NCBI RefSeq assembly: GCF_964188315.1
Contig: NC_135668.1
Span: 20,026,001-20,090,000, forward strand
From: Podarcis muralis
Taxonomy: Eukaryota
Length of the DNA: 64,000 nucleotides
Reading direction: 5' to 3'
Position numbers and translations under genes: made by a program. Shown one piece after another: positions 1-12,882 of this stretch (position 1 is the first letter of the stretch; every line of letters starts with the position of its first letter). The notes below the pieces were generated by a model that searched no databases, was not told the DNA's origin, and saw only the letters and a list, made by a program, of their open reading frames with translations.

Positions 1-240
1 GGCCAGCATGACAAGCTGCATCTGGCGAGCCAGCACAGCACACGGAACGCCGTTTACCTTCCCGCTGGTAAGCGGTCCCTATTTATCTACTTGCACTTTG
101 ACGTGCTTTCGAACTGCTAGGTTGGCAGGCGCTGGGACCGAGCAACGGGAGCGCACCCCGCCGCGGGGATTCAAACCGCCAACCATGCAATCGGCAAGTC
201 CTAGGCGCTGAGGTTTTACCCACAGAGCCACCCGCATCCC
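1..240 (-). mobile_element. Sauria SINE (5' part; truncated by the window edge)
   Basis: Matches the other Sauria SINE copies in the window, in reverse orientation. Confidence 0.93.
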
Positions 241-752
241 TCAAAGTGGTTTACAACACATTAAAACTTCAAATAAAGCATTCCAGAATAAAACAAAGGA
301 GAGCTTCGAGGAAAATATTTCAAGTCCTCCTCTAAGTGACATTTTGCTTTCTCCAGTCACCAAACTGGCAACCATAGATTTCCAAGTGGTCTCAACTGGA
401 CCTGCTCCAGTCACAAAACACGCCTGGTGCCTGGCTGAATTCTAACACCGGTGAGGTTCGTGCCTGTGGTGTTCCAAGCTGGGGAGAGGAGAGACTTTGG
501 ACAGGATGTCCTTAATATGATCCACTCTTCTCCCTTCTGCTGTTGCTGCCTAATCCCCACCAGTGCTCCCAGAGAAAGGGCAGGTGAGTAAGCAAGCAGT
601 GGCTGCTGGCTACGGTTCCTTGAACCCCCCAGAGCAGGGGGCAATAGCAAGAGGAAAAACAACAGAGTAAGGGGTTCTAGAGATCAGCACTGGCTGCCTT
701 CGAAGCCATGAGCCTTGGCTGGTGCCCAGCAATACCTATCACCAACACCAAG

Positions 753-881
753 CATAGGCAAACTCACCCTCCCGATGTTTTGGGACTACAACTCCCATCA
801 TCCCTGACCACTGGTGTCCTGTTTGCTAGGGATGATGGGAGTTGTGGTCCCAAAACATCTGGAGGGCTGAGTTTGCCTATG
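753..881. mobile_element. Near-perfect palindromic (fold-back) MITE
   Basis: CATAGGCAAACTC...CTCCCATCATCCCT pairs with AGGGATGATGGGAG...GAGTTTGCCTATG. Confidence 0.85.
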
Positions 882-1919
882 CCGGACCAATACCATTTCT
901 GTACACCTCTAAACTAAATGCAATGTACATTCATTTGGATGTGAGGCATCTAAGTTATATGCATTTCTATTCACATTAGAAGCCTAAAGCAAAGGAATTA
1001 AGTTTTGTGACACATGGCATCCTATCCCCGCTGCCCTTATTCCCTCTTTAAGATGGACAAACTACAGTACAATGCTGCAGCAACAGTGGAAGCCACAATT
1101 CTTAAAAGCACAATAGGACCCTTGGGGGGTTAGATGCGGCAACCTTTAGATACTAGCCTACAATAGGGATTGATAGGCCACTCTATTCCCAACCCATGTC
1201 AATTTCAAACATCTATATTCCAAATGCCCTCCTGTCCCATTTCGGCATAAAGTCTGCAATCCTTCCCCCTATTGGCACAAAAAAAATAGTATTCACATGT
1301 GTTTAAAAACAAGTGTTTAAATAGGCATTTTATCGCAAAGTAAGCATTTCTAAAAACATCCTAAAATAAATCTTTGCAAACCATTTTGGAATGTTCCCAG
1401 CCAAGAACTGTGTCACAAAAGTCCAAAGGATAATTCCATTCCATACTTCATACAAATCCAGGAAGCCTGGATCAGGTCAGCTCCCAAAGGACTTTTCAGA
1501 GATCAAAATCCTTGAGCATCAGAGGAACAGAGCCTTACATCAGCTCAGTCCATTGGTCCTCCTAGCTCAGAATTTTCTACACTGGCAGTCAGCAGTTTTG
1601 AAGGATTTTATATAGGGGTCTCTCTCAGTCCTTCCTCAAGAGGATTGAACTGGATACCTTTTGCATTCAAAGCAGACTCTCTGCCCCTGATCCCAAAATC
1701 CCCTGAACCTCTACTCAGGCTTGCCCTTCCTTCAGCATCTTGTATTCACTGCTTATTCTTCCCCTTTCCTTCAACTCCCATGCCTTTCCAATATGGCCAA
1801 GCATCAGGGAAAATGGGAGTTGTCGGGAACAATGGGAGTCTAGCAATATCTTGAGGGCCACTGGTTCCCCGTCCCTGCACTGAAGTGTGGATGACATTTA
1901 AGCATATGTAGTCACTAAT

Positions 1920-2271
1920 GGGACGCAGGTGGCACTGTGGGTTAAACCACAGAGCCTAGGAATTGCCGGTCAAAAGGTCGGTGGTTCGAATCCCTGCAAC
2001 AGGGTGAGCTCCCGTTGCTTGGTCCCAGCTCCTGCCCACCTAGCAGTTCGAAAGCACATAAAAGCACAAGTAGATAAATAAGTACCGCTCCGGCAGGAAG
2101 GTAAACGGCGTTTCCGTGCGCTGCTCTGGTTCGCCAGAAGCAGCTTAGTCATGCTGGCCACATGACCCGGAAGCTGTACGCCGGCTCCCTCAGCCAGTAA
2201 AGCAAGATGAGCGCCGCAACCCCAGAGTCGGCCACAATTGGACCTAAAGGTCAGGGGTCCCTTTACCTTTA
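1920..2271 (+). mobile_element. Sauria SINE, full length
   Basis: tRNA-like head GGGACGCAGGTGGCACTGTGG...GGTTCGAATCC and an ACCTTT tail. Confidence 0.95.
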
Positions 2272-3499
2272 ATCACTAGCTGCAATTTAACAAATCGCAC
2301 AACCAGTTTTGTGTACCCAATTGGGGCGGGGGGAGAGAGAGAGAACTCTGAGCTCACACAGCAATCTGCTTTTGAAAATGAGGGTACCTTCAAAAACAGC
2401 GTTTGATAAGGCATGGGAGTCTGTTCTTTTTTAAAAAATAAAATCATCCTATTGGGAGGACCCTAAAAAAAACTAGTTTGGATGACAGTCACTATCTTGG
2501 GCTGCACATGCATAGTCCCACGTGACAATTCATTGACTAGGACCTGACATCCAAACCATCTATAGTTTACTTTCTCGTTTTTTAACTGATTCACCAATGA
2601 CATAATCACACTACAAATCCTCAGTGTAGAAACATTTCTGAGGATCCACAAAGGGGAGAGTCCGTCTTCAGAGAGGAAAGACAAAAATTGTAATTTAAGA
2701 TACAAAAACGCCAATGATTCTTTTTTTTTTTTTAAAGAAGGGATGGCCATTGCTTACATTTGTTACTTCATTTTTCATTGAATTTTAGAATTCAAAACAT
2801 TCCCTATTGCAGTGTTGCCACGAAGCCTATTGCCAGAAGAAAACACAGGTGTTTTACCTTCACAGGAAAACTATCTGCCAGGTTTGGACGTAAAATGGAA
2901 GAGGAAATGTGAAGTATCTATTTCATCAAATTTGGTCTAAGGAGCAGGCGGTCAAAGCGTGGCAGACTCACCAGTGGCTGGCTTTCAAGAAACCTGAGCC
3001 ACAGAGCCTGTGCTTTCATGTCAGCCTCGACGAGTGAGTAGTAGAAACTTTGATCTGTAATTACAGTATTGGCTGATTAATCACATTGATTAAGCAGCCC
3101 AAACTTGCAGCCCTGATTTTATATAAATATATAACCATATACACAACGTGCATTTCACAACTTGGTGCCTATTCACACTCCTTTGCAAATGTTGATAATC
3201 ACCAATGAATTCTGAGAATGCCCAGAAGTAAGATGTATAACCATGATTGTCAGATATACACAAGTCAACACTAACATGCTGCAATCACATTTACTGGAGG
3301 TGCCTTTTAACATTCAGTTACTTATATCTGAGTTTTGGAAAAATCACAAAATTAATCTGAAAATGTTATATTCGCCAACTTTGAGCATTCATGACAACGT
3401 ATCAATTTAAAGTGTCTGTGCAATATATATATTTATACACATGCACACTTCCTCATTTTACATTCAAACCAAGATTGGCTTCAGAGGTCCAGCTTCTTA

Positions 3500-3690
3500 G
3501 CCTATGATTGGCAAAGCTCCAACGGGGATAGGAACTTCTCAGTAGTGGCACCACAGTTGTGGAAATCTCTCCCTGGGAAGATCCAGCAATCCCCTTCCCT
3601 ACCATTTTTAGATGCCATTTGAATATGTTTTTATTTCTGAAGGTGTTTAGATAGATAACAAAAGGCCAATCTAGATTAGTGATTTATCAC
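3500..3690 (+). mobile_element. Old L2-type fragment
   Basis: ttctcagtagtggcaccacagttgtggaaatctctccc resembles the FSVVAPxLWNxLP motif at the L2 ORF2 end. Confidence 0.55.
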
Positions 3691-3751
3691 AGGTGCACCA
3701 TGTTCTTGACACAATAATAGTGTGTTATTAGTGGTGCATTTATTCTACTTT

Positions 3752-4116
3752 ATTTGTTGTTGTTGTTGTTTAGTCGTTTAGTCATGTCCGACTCTTCGTG
3801 GCCCCATGGACCAGAGCATGCCAGGCACTCCTGTCTTCCACTGCCTCCTGCAGTTTGGTCAAGCTCATGCTGGTAGCTTCGAGAACACTGTCCAACCATC
3901 TCGTCCTCTGCCGTCCCCTTCTCCTTGTGCCCTCCATCTTTCCCAACATCAGGGTCTTTCCCAGGGAGTCTTCTCTTCTCATGGAGTGGCCAAAGTACTG
4001 GAGCCTCAGCTTCACGATCTATCCTTCCAGTGAGCACTCAGGGCTGAATTCCTTAAGAATGGATAAGTTTGATCTTCTTGCAGTCCATGGGACTCTCAAG
4101 AGTCTCCTCCAGCACC
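3752..4116 (-). mobile_element. BovB (RTE) LINE 3' fragment
   Basis: Minus ORF 3782-4015 (LRLQYFGH..RREDSLGKTLMLGKMEG.RRRGRQR.RWLD) is the BovB ORF C-terminus, followed by a (CAA)n tail. Confidence 0.93.
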
Positions 4117-5493
4117 AGAGTCTCCTCCAGCACTTTTAGTAGTTGTTAGCAATTCTGCAATGCTTCCCCATTGCCAACACATTATTGCTCTCCAGAGGGA
4201 CCACAGCGCAACAAAAGCAGGACAAGCAAAACTAAAAGCTCCAAACAAGTTATGGGATTTTAGCAAGAAATGACAAAATATGCACTGAAACAGCATCGTC
4301 ACCCCAAAACTTTTGTGGGCACAAACTGCTTTGAAAGCAATATTGCATATGGCCACCTTAACAGGAGCCTGAGCGCAAATCATGCACAATAAAAAGAACG
4401 TCTGGAGGGCTCTCTGAGCAGCACAATCGGTGCTCTGCTGATTTTTTTTTTTTTGAAATAAAAAAAACGGTGTGTATTTTTAGTGCATTATTTAATTTTT
4501 AATACAGTATATTATTGTTGCCATGTTTCTTGTAATGCTAAGCCGCTTTACAAAATTAGTTTGAACAGCAGGGAGTAAACAAATCATGCAAAAGAGAGCT
4601 TCGCCTGAGAAACGGCTCAGAGACAAAGGGGCCCAGAATCTCTCACCACACAAGCTAAATCACACCTGCACTTTCTGCGAGCACTGAGTCCTTTGTGTAA
4701 GGAAAGTTTAAAATGTTTCACTGTACTCTTCTGTACACGTTCAAACTTTTGCAGGAAACATCAAGAAAGAAACCTACCTCTCATGAACAATACATGAAGC
4801 TTCATAGCAAGCCAGACCATCAGTCAGTTTAGCACAGGGCGTGAATCTTTCATCTGCCTTTATTGTACGCAATAAGCCATACTCTTTTTCCTGTCCGATT
4901 TTCAATCAATTCCCAAGTTACAAAAGTCTAAATGGAGCACACATCCTGGTGCAGATACATTTCTGAAGGGGGACTGTCTTTCTGGATGTGAGATATAAAC
5001 TTACTATTTCACATAGCCCAACACTGTGTTTATTGGAAGCAGCTATCCAAGGTTCTGTCACCAGAGATTCTTTCAACTTATAATACTAGGGACTGAACCC
5101 AGGACTTTTCTAGCATGAAGACACAGCATGTGCTCTGCCACTGAGCTATGGGACTTCTTTCTTAGTTTCACTTGAGGAAATTCCACAGAGGAGAGTAACT
5201 ACACTAATCCCAAGGCAGAGGCTGCACCTTGCAATGAGACACACACACCAGAATGGAAATTCATAACAAGAGCTACCAATTGCCTTCTGCAGATTTCTAT
5301 GAAGGCATACATGTGCAAGAATGGATCCCTGGGCTCTTTGCAAAGCTTTAATCAGGGGGTTAGTTCTTAATACAGATAAGAAAAACTAGATAGTACACCA
5401 ACCCTTTAAAAGCATCATCAACAAGAAGAGAACTTTCATGCCGGAGAGTTGTATCCAATAGTGGTCCTACTCATAGCTGGTCCATTAGTGGAC

Positions 5494-5760
5494 ATAATAA
5501 TAATAAATAAGACAATTTTATTTATATCCCACCCTCCCCAGCCAAAGCCGGGCTCAGAGTGGCTAACAACAATAAAAGTAACACAGTATTCTAAAATCAA
5601 TTCAAAATCAATTCAAAATCAAATTAATGGCAACCACCGAGCCAGAGTTCTACGAGGATCACCAAAGGAAGGAGTCAGACTGTGCCTTGGCCAAAGGCCT
5701 GGTGGAACAGCTCTGTCTTGCAAGCCCTGTGGAAAGATGTCAAGTCCCGCAGGGCCCTAT
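5494..5760 (-). mobile_element. L2-type LINE 3' end
   Basis: The minus strand encodes ...RRACKTELFHQAF, followed by the typical tgttagccactctgag...ataaataa/(ATT)n tail. Confidence 0.7.
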
Positions 5761-6171
5761 TCTAGTTCCCTTAATTTCAACGGGTCTGCTACAAGTAGAA
5801 CTTAGTTTGATACAACCCATCAATATCCAGGTACCATCACTGCGGCTCAATAAAGTTTATTGCTATTTTCCCTCAGAAGTAAAGTGAAAAATGAATCAAG
5901 TCATAATAAACTAGTTGAATATTTTCCTTATCATGTCACCAGAGTGCATCAACATGAACTCTTCATGTGGGCACAAAATGAGCAAAGGCCTATTTCACTC
6001 ACTTCCAAAAGATGGTACTGCCCAGTTCTCCCCCCCCCCCCCGAAAAATAGGTGCTGGAACTCACCATGAACTCTTCATACTCTTGAAAAGACAATGGCA
6101 CCCACCTGAGAGGTGCCAGAACTGAGGTCCGGCAAGTTCCAGCTGAAAAAGAGCCCTGGTACCACCTACAT

Positions 6172-6307
6172 CAGTGTTCCCCAACCTTGGGCCTCCAGCT
6201 GTTTTTGGACTACAATTCCCATCATCCTTGACCACTGGTCTTGCTAGCGAGGGATGATGGGAGTTGTAGTCCAAAAACAGCTGGAGGCCCAAGGTTGGGG
6301 AACACTG
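6172..6307. mobile_element. Fold-back hAT MITE with perfect 8-bp TSD
   Basis: TIR CAGTGTTCCCCAACCTTGGG; TSD ACCTACAT at 6164-6171 and 6308-6315. Confidence 0.92.
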
Positions 6308-6879
6308 ACCTACATCAAAGATGCCCTGCATCAGGGGTTGCCAGATTTACATTTCAAGGTGACTGGAATCTCACACTTTAAAAATTCATACAAGAGAGAA
6401 ACCATAAAATGCTGGCCCTCTTGAGGTCAGCTGGAACTTGCTGGACCTCAGTTCCACACAGTTCCATATGTATATTAGTAACAGTGTATTAGTGTTTTAA
6501 TGTAACATTTTTATAGGTAACTGTCTGTTTTTGCAATATTTTGTTTAAATTGTCTACTGTTGCTTCAGTTTTTTGTATACCACTTAGAGATATTTTCATA
6601 TATTATGCAGTATAGAAATTTAATAATAATAGCAGCAGCAGAATGGGTACTGGAGAGAGGCATGATTTGGTGGACACCAGGAATCAAAACATCTTGGGTT
6701 CAAACCTTTTTCTAGAGTGGAAACACTGGTTTTGCCCAGGTGAACTACATCTCTACGGTGAGGCTGGGTTGTGAACCAAGGAGGCTTCTGCCACCGACTC
6801 ACAAGCTACCAAATTTCATCCTCAGTCTCCTCACTGAACAAATTAAAATGGGAACAAGTGGAGGTTTGCAGCTCAGTGG

Positions 6880-7020
6880 CTGAGCAACTGCTCTGCATGC
6901 AGAAGGCGTCTCCCGGTGAGACTGAGAAGGCTTCCTGCCTGAAACCTTGGAGAGCCACTGCCACTCAGTTTAGATGAACATTGAGTAGTTGGACCAATGG
7001 CCTAACTCAGTATAAGGCTA
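6880..7020 (+). mobile_element. Short tRNA-derived squamate SINE (Squam3-like). Related degenerate copies at ~1533-1690(-), 5038-5152(-), 11461-11630(+), 15190-15335(-), 15560-15912(-), 19455-19580(+), 43075-43215(+), 62683-62865(+).
   Basis: Shared gctcagtgg...gcatgcagaagg head and gagagccactgccagtc...ggaccaatgg body. Family name assigned from memory. Confidence 0.6.
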
Positions 7021-7208
7021 TGTTCCTAACAATAGTGACCCATCGTACAATGCTATTCTGAGGATTACCCGGATAATGTAAGTGAAGTACCTTGGACAAA
7101 TTAAAACACGCATGTGAACAGACCCCTTAGCTAGCACAGTAATAATAATGGTACTTAGCATTTATATGAGGCTTAAGATTCTAAATCCTCATCTAAAATG
7201 CTAAGTGC

Positions 7209-7241
<33 letters not shown>

Positions 7242-7362
7242 TACACACCTAACTAAGGGATCTGGTCTGTTCACAACCAGGAAGCACAAGGCCACGCACA
7301 AGCTCCAGAGTGCTGCTTATAAAAAGAAAAGAAAAGAAAAGAAAAGAAAAGAAAAGAAAAAG
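7209..7362. repeat. (ATT)n and (AAAAG)n microsatellites
   Basis: Seen directly at ~7209-7241 and ~7320-7362. Confidence 0.95.
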
Positions 7363-8265
7363 GCATAGCAAATTGTGCTTGTGGCAAGCAAGCATCCAAA
7401 TACAAGTCTTCCTAAAGCAAGTGGAGCTCCTAGTTGCAAGAATCCGTACTCAAGATTCAGCATTGGGCAGTTCATCATATGCACAGGTGGGTGTTGGCTC
7501 CTGAGCTCTATATCCCCACCCACCAAACAGCCTCCGCAAACTACCTGAACTAAAGCAAAATGAGAGCAGCTAGCCAATAAAAGCCAGTCTGCACTTTCTA
7601 TGGATTTATAAGGAGTGAAGCTTTTCCTGGACCGTACCACTTTAGGCTCCAGGTGGGCAACTGTGTTTGTGAACATTCTCCTACGGCGAAAGGGGTTCTA
7701 CATACACTGCACTACACATCAAAAACAAGCACAATACGGAGAAGGAATAGGTCTAGTCTTTTCCTGTGACTTAGCTGGTTCGTGCATGCTTTGTTGAAGT
7801 GGGGAATATTTTTTTAAAAAAGTGATTCCCCCACCCACTGCCAAACAACTCACATTGTCCAGTCCAGTGGGGGGGGGGAATGCTTTCCTGCTTGTTTCTG
7901 ATACATGTAAAAGCTGGTCCTCAAAGGAGGAAGAGATCACAATACAAAGCATGTTAATAATGAGAGGCAGGCAGACCGACAGGCAGACCAGTGCACACGG
8001 GAAGCAATTACATCAGGGATAATTATACAAAGAACAGGCAATTGCCGTGGGATTTTATTGCAGCGCTATCGTCCAACATAGCTAGTGATTAGGGACTAGC
8101 GCCTTGGAGTTTCCAGATCTACCCTTGGACACAAAGCTCACTGCTACCACCTCTTAGCAAAGTCTACCTCACAAGGTTGGTGTGAGAACAAGCGGAAGGA
8201 TGAAGAGGTAAAACCACGTATGTTGCATCCATCTCCTTGGAAGAAGGACAGGATAGACATTTAAT

Positions 8266-8615
8266 AAGGTAAAGGGACCCCTGACCATTAGGTCCAGTCG
8301 TGACCGACTCTGGGGTTGTGCCGCTCATCTCACTTTATTGGCCGAGGGAGCCGGCGTACAGCTTCCAGGTCATGTGGCCAGCATGACTAAGCTGCTTCTG
8401 GCAAACCAGAGCAGCACATGGAAACGCCGTTTACCTTCCCGCCAGAGCGGTACCTATTTATCTACTTGCACTTTGACGTGCTTTCGAACTGCTAGGTTGG
8501 CAGGAGCAGGGACCGAGCAATGGGAGCTCACCCCGTCGCAGGGATTCGAACCGCCGACCTTCTGATCAGCAAGCCCTAGGCTCTGTGGTTTAACCCACAG
8601 CGCCACCCGCGTCCC
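8266..8615 (-). mobile_element. Sauria SINE, full length
   Basis: Runs from AAGGTAAAGGGACCCC to CACCCGCGTCCC on the plus strand. Confidence 0.95.
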
Positions 8616-10125
8616 TAGATGAGTGAATAAATTGCTTTGCCAGCAAAAAAAGAGAGGCTTCAATTCACCCTATATGACGCTCCTGCCTTTCCATTCTCCA
8701 TCTCTAAGCTGCTGCCACCACCCCCTGCAAGCCTTGTTAGCACCCTCCTCCATCCTCCACTTGCTTGGAGAACGGCGTGGGAAAGCTGCCTATGGGCTTT
8801 TCACAAATCCAGTAGCCCCTTGAACCAAAACCAATTAGAATGGCCCAAGGTCCTGCCATTGAAGGCTGGGCCTTCTTTTCAAATGGCTGCAGTCTCAATG
8901 GTTTCAAGGAGCCTGGATGTGAATGTGCAAGGCCCACTTAAGAGTGGTGCTTAAGGCAGGGCCAAGGTGAATGGAACATCTCTCTTCTATAGGAACAGCG
9001 GCTCCTGTTTCTAAGAGACCAACTGACCAAGACTTTGTCGAAAATCTCTCCCCTCTCCCCCTCCTGTTCTCCGAGCTGTCGAGGCTCACTTGCCCCTAAC
9101 TAAGCCAAAAGCAAGGCAATCAATATAGCCATCAACTATAACAATTGTGATTTCTGCTGAAGAGAAAGGAAGCCATTGAAGATCAGGTGAGATCAACTGA
9201 CACGCAAATTTGTCAGGGTCGGCGGGGTTTTCCCCTTCGGGGGGGGGGGGGGGCAATACATTCTACAGGCACACAGAGAGAAACACGGACGTGTAATTCA
9301 GTTTGATCACAATGAAGGGGGGGGAGAGAAAGTCATGTTCAAAGTAGAAATGCCAATTAAGGATTTGGGGAGTGGGGGACAAATTCATCCAGTTCACATT
9401 GTAACACAAACCTACCTAGTTAACACATCGTGGACCAAGACGCAATAAACTGAACCAGAACTATCGTTCAGATTCTTATTTTATATTACTTCCTTTAGTT
9501 TTTACCCCACCCTTCCTCCCAATGGAGTCCAGGGCAGCGATTCGCAAATCTCCGAATGTTGTGATGTGCTTCTTTAACCAGAAAAACGCATTAAGGTGCT
9601 TATATTAAGGGATAGCGCACCCCAAAAATGTGTATACCAGTGAAAACATCAAAATGCATTATAGTAAGATAAATGGCTTGCAAAAATGCATACATTAAGA
9701 TGAAATGGCATGCAAAAAAAATGTGTCTATTAGGAGAAACATGCATGAGAATGCATACAAATTTTCATGCAGACTTAAAAAAAATACTGCTGAGGAAATA
9801 AGAGTGAACGGGACTTAAAGACTGGAAAAATGAGAAACTCACATAACTGACAGATTTGTCCATGCCTACAGCCAACTGATTTTTTAAAAAAAAATGAGTG
9901 TAGTGTAACAACACAACCTTCTTATTTCACCTTTGCTTAAAGAGCAAATATATAGTCCTTCTCTATTTCACCTCCATAACAACCCTCTGAGGTAGGTTAG
10001 GCAGAGAGAAAACAACCAACTGAAACCCCACTTATGGTTGGAAATATCTGTCCATTTTTATTTTCTCAATTTCTTTATATCTTTCCCAATCTTAAATTCA
10101 GTTCTCCACATTTTGCAGCAATTTG

Positions 10126-10126
10126 C

Positions 10127-10167
<41 letters not shown>
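10126..10167. repeat. (ATT)n microsatellite
   Basis: Seen directly. Confidence 0.95.
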
Positions 10168-10169
<2 letters not shown>

Positions 10170-10921
10170 TTTAAAAAGAATCTTCATAAAAAATCATCTG
10201 CATTTGGTGTGTGAATTTCTCCTAACATACTACAAAATAGCTATGAGATGAACCAGAAAATCCACAGTTTTTTAGTCTCACCTCTGCTACAAAATGTACA
10301 AGGTTGGTCTTTTAAAAGTTCCTATTTCTTAGCCTCACCACTCTACTGCAGTGAGGGCAGTTTTGGTGGCAATACTGACACATTACAAATAATACAATTT
10401 TGGGGCACTCGATACAATTTACTGATGAAATATATAATTATTTATGCACTTAAATATTTTGTGCATGCATGCATAATATGTTATAATGATATATACCACA
10501 CATACATGCACTTCAAAAACCATGTTGGCAGCTTGTTTGCTTGGAAAGCAGTAAATGAATGCTCTGAGCTAACAAAACAGGTATCGCCTCTAACACAATA
10601 TTATTCAGTGGGGGAAATTTAAACATTTTGCTGCAGGTCTTCAAGTAAGAGTTCATGAGACAAAAGAAAAAATGGTTTGGGAGGGAGGGAGAAATAAGAA
10701 ACCCAGGTAGAAGGTCACAACAGGAAAGGAAAATGGTTTGGGAGGGAGAAAAATGAGCAGGTTCAGGTACAAGTTTTCAGTTTAAAGTTTTCCTAAAGCC
10801 AAGCTGCGGTGGAAATTTTCAACGAAAGGGGGAGGCAAAATTTCCTGATCTTAGCTGTGCTGATGGATTGGGCCTGCATCCCTTCTCTTCTTTCTTTGGC
10901 TATAGCCTAACATAACAGTTA

Positions 10922-11276
10922 GGGACGCGGGTGGCACTGTGGGTTAAACCACAGAGCCTAGGACTTGCTAATCAGAAGGTCGGCAGTTCGAATCCCCACA
11001 ACGGGGTGAGCTCCCGTTGCTCGGTCTCTGCTCCTGCCAACCTAGCAGTTTGAAAGCACATCAAAGTGCAAGTAGATAAATAGGTACTGCTCTGGTGGGA
11101 AGGTAACCGGCGTTTCCGTGCACTGCTCTGGTTCGCCAGAAGCGGCTTAGTCATGCTGGCCACATGACCCGGAAGCTGTATGCCAGCTCCCTCGGCCAAT
11201 AAAGCGAGATGAGTGCAGCAACCCCAGAGTCATCCGCGACTGGACCTAATGGTCAGGGGTCCCTTTACCCTTTACC
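10922..11276 (+). mobile_element. Sauria SINE, full length, with ~15-bp TSD
   Basis: Flanks cctaacataacagtt (10906-10920) and cctaagataacagtt (11275-11289). Confidence 0.95.
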
Positions 11277-11678
11277 TAAGATAACAGTTGCTGCCAAGTA
11301 ATGATATCACGTTTGTGCATGTTGCCCCCCTGACACACACAAACCGTCCCTCTAGTCAAATACGCCCAGCTGCCACACTTGTTAGTGGCACATGATAAGC
11401 ACGCAGTTCACGTGCAACCAAATTCAGCATCCACACCAGCTGTTCTCGTATCCTTTCCGGTGCTTCAGCTCAGCGGCAAAACATCTGCCTTGCATGCAGA
11501 ACGTTCTAGGTTCAATCCTGAGCATCTCCAGATAGAGGTGGGGGAGATCATAATCTGAGAGAGCTGCTGCCCATCCACTGAGGTAGATGGACCAATGGTC
11601 TTTCGGCACAAGGCAGCTTCCTAGGTTCCTGTGGGAGCAAGGAGAACCTCAAGCACCTTGGAGGAAACACGAGATCTA

Positions 11679-11904
11679 CAGTGGTACCTCAGGTTACAGA
11701 CACTTCAGGTTACAGACTCCGCTAGCCCAGAAATAGTACCTCAGGTTAAGAACTTTGCTTCAGGGTGAGAACAGAAATCTTGCGGCCATGGCGTGGCAGC
11801 AGCGGGAGGCCCCATTAGCTAAAGTGGTACTTCAGGTTAAGAACAGTTTCAGGTTAAGAACGGACCTCCAGAACGAATTAAGTTCTTAACACGAGGTACC
11901 ACTG
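11679..11904. mobile_element. Tc1/mariner-type MITE (TA TSD)
   Basis: ta|CAGTGGTACCTC...GAGGTACCACTG|ta with internal AGGTTAAGAAC repeats. Confidence 0.9.
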
Positions 11905-12094
11905 TAAATGTAACACACAAACAAACATGGTCTTGTCGACGGAGACACAACGCTACGTGGGCAAAGCAATGTCACAGGGACTTATAGACATAATCACCTC
12001 AAAAGACAAGGGGGCTGAAGACAGAAAGGGAAAAGTGGGAGGGAAAGGTTGTATCATCTAAAGGGAAGGCAAGATGAAGTAAGGAAGCTAAGAA

Positions 12095-12245
12095 ATGTTC
12101 CACTGCTCTATGGTGGGCTCTTCTTCATCAGAAGCTTTTAAACAGAGGTAGGGTGGCCATCTGTCTGGGATGCTTCAATCGAAATTCCTGTATTGTTGAG
12201 GGTTGGACTAGATGGCACTTCCTTCCAGCTCCACAATTCTATGAA
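12095..12245 (+). mobile_element. CR1 LINE 3' end
   Basis: ...gggttggactagatggc...ccttccagctccacaattctatga is the CR1 terminal signature. Confidence 0.8.
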
Positions 12246-12640
12246 GTGGGAAAGATGCCATGCACGCGAGTATTTTTTTTGGTCACATCAAATATGCTCA
12301 TTTCGAGGCCACGGGTGACCCAGGGGCCAGATGCCTCTCTGTCTGGCCCTTGAGACTCTCCCCACTGGCCCCATTTTCGAATGCCTGGAAAGTGTCCTTG
12401 GACTCTGACCATGCCTCTTGCTTGTCTGAATGGAGACAGCAGTATATGTAGAAACTGGACTACTGTACAAAAGGGGAAATCGCACATGTAGCTCCTCCCA
12501 CTTTTGCCTCTGGCCCCTAGCACCGCTAGAAAAAGACCCTCGGGGCCAGGAAAACATTCCCCACCTCTGTTGTAGGGCAATTTGAAAGTGCAAGAATATT
12601 CAGGGCAGCTCAAGTTGCAGCTCTGAAAGCCATGCCGCTG

Positions 12641-12882
12641 TGGGGCCAGTGTGGTGTAGTGGTTAAGAGCAATAGACTCGTAATCTGGGGAACCGGGTTC
12701 GCGTCTCTGCTCCTCCACATGCAGCTGCTGGGTGACCTTGGGCCAGTCACACTTCTCTGAAGTCTCTCAGCCCCACTCACCTCACAGAGTGTTTGTTGTG
12801 GGCAAGGAAGGGAAAGGAGTATGCTAGCCGCTTTGAGACTCCTTCGGGTAGTGATAAAGCGGGATATCAAATCCAAACTCTT
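12641..12882 (+). mobile_element. tRNA-derived, MIR/CORE-like SINE
   Basis: A box (TGGTGTAGTGG) and B box-like GGGTTCGCGTCTC, a CORE-like gtgaccttgggccagtcac, and an L2-like tail. Confidence 0.75.

Noticed and set aside
400-700. Possible exon of a neighbouring gene such as RHCG (CAG|GTGAGT near 583)
   Set aside because: No frame resembles RHCG or any protein I recognise, and an isolated donor motif is not enough.
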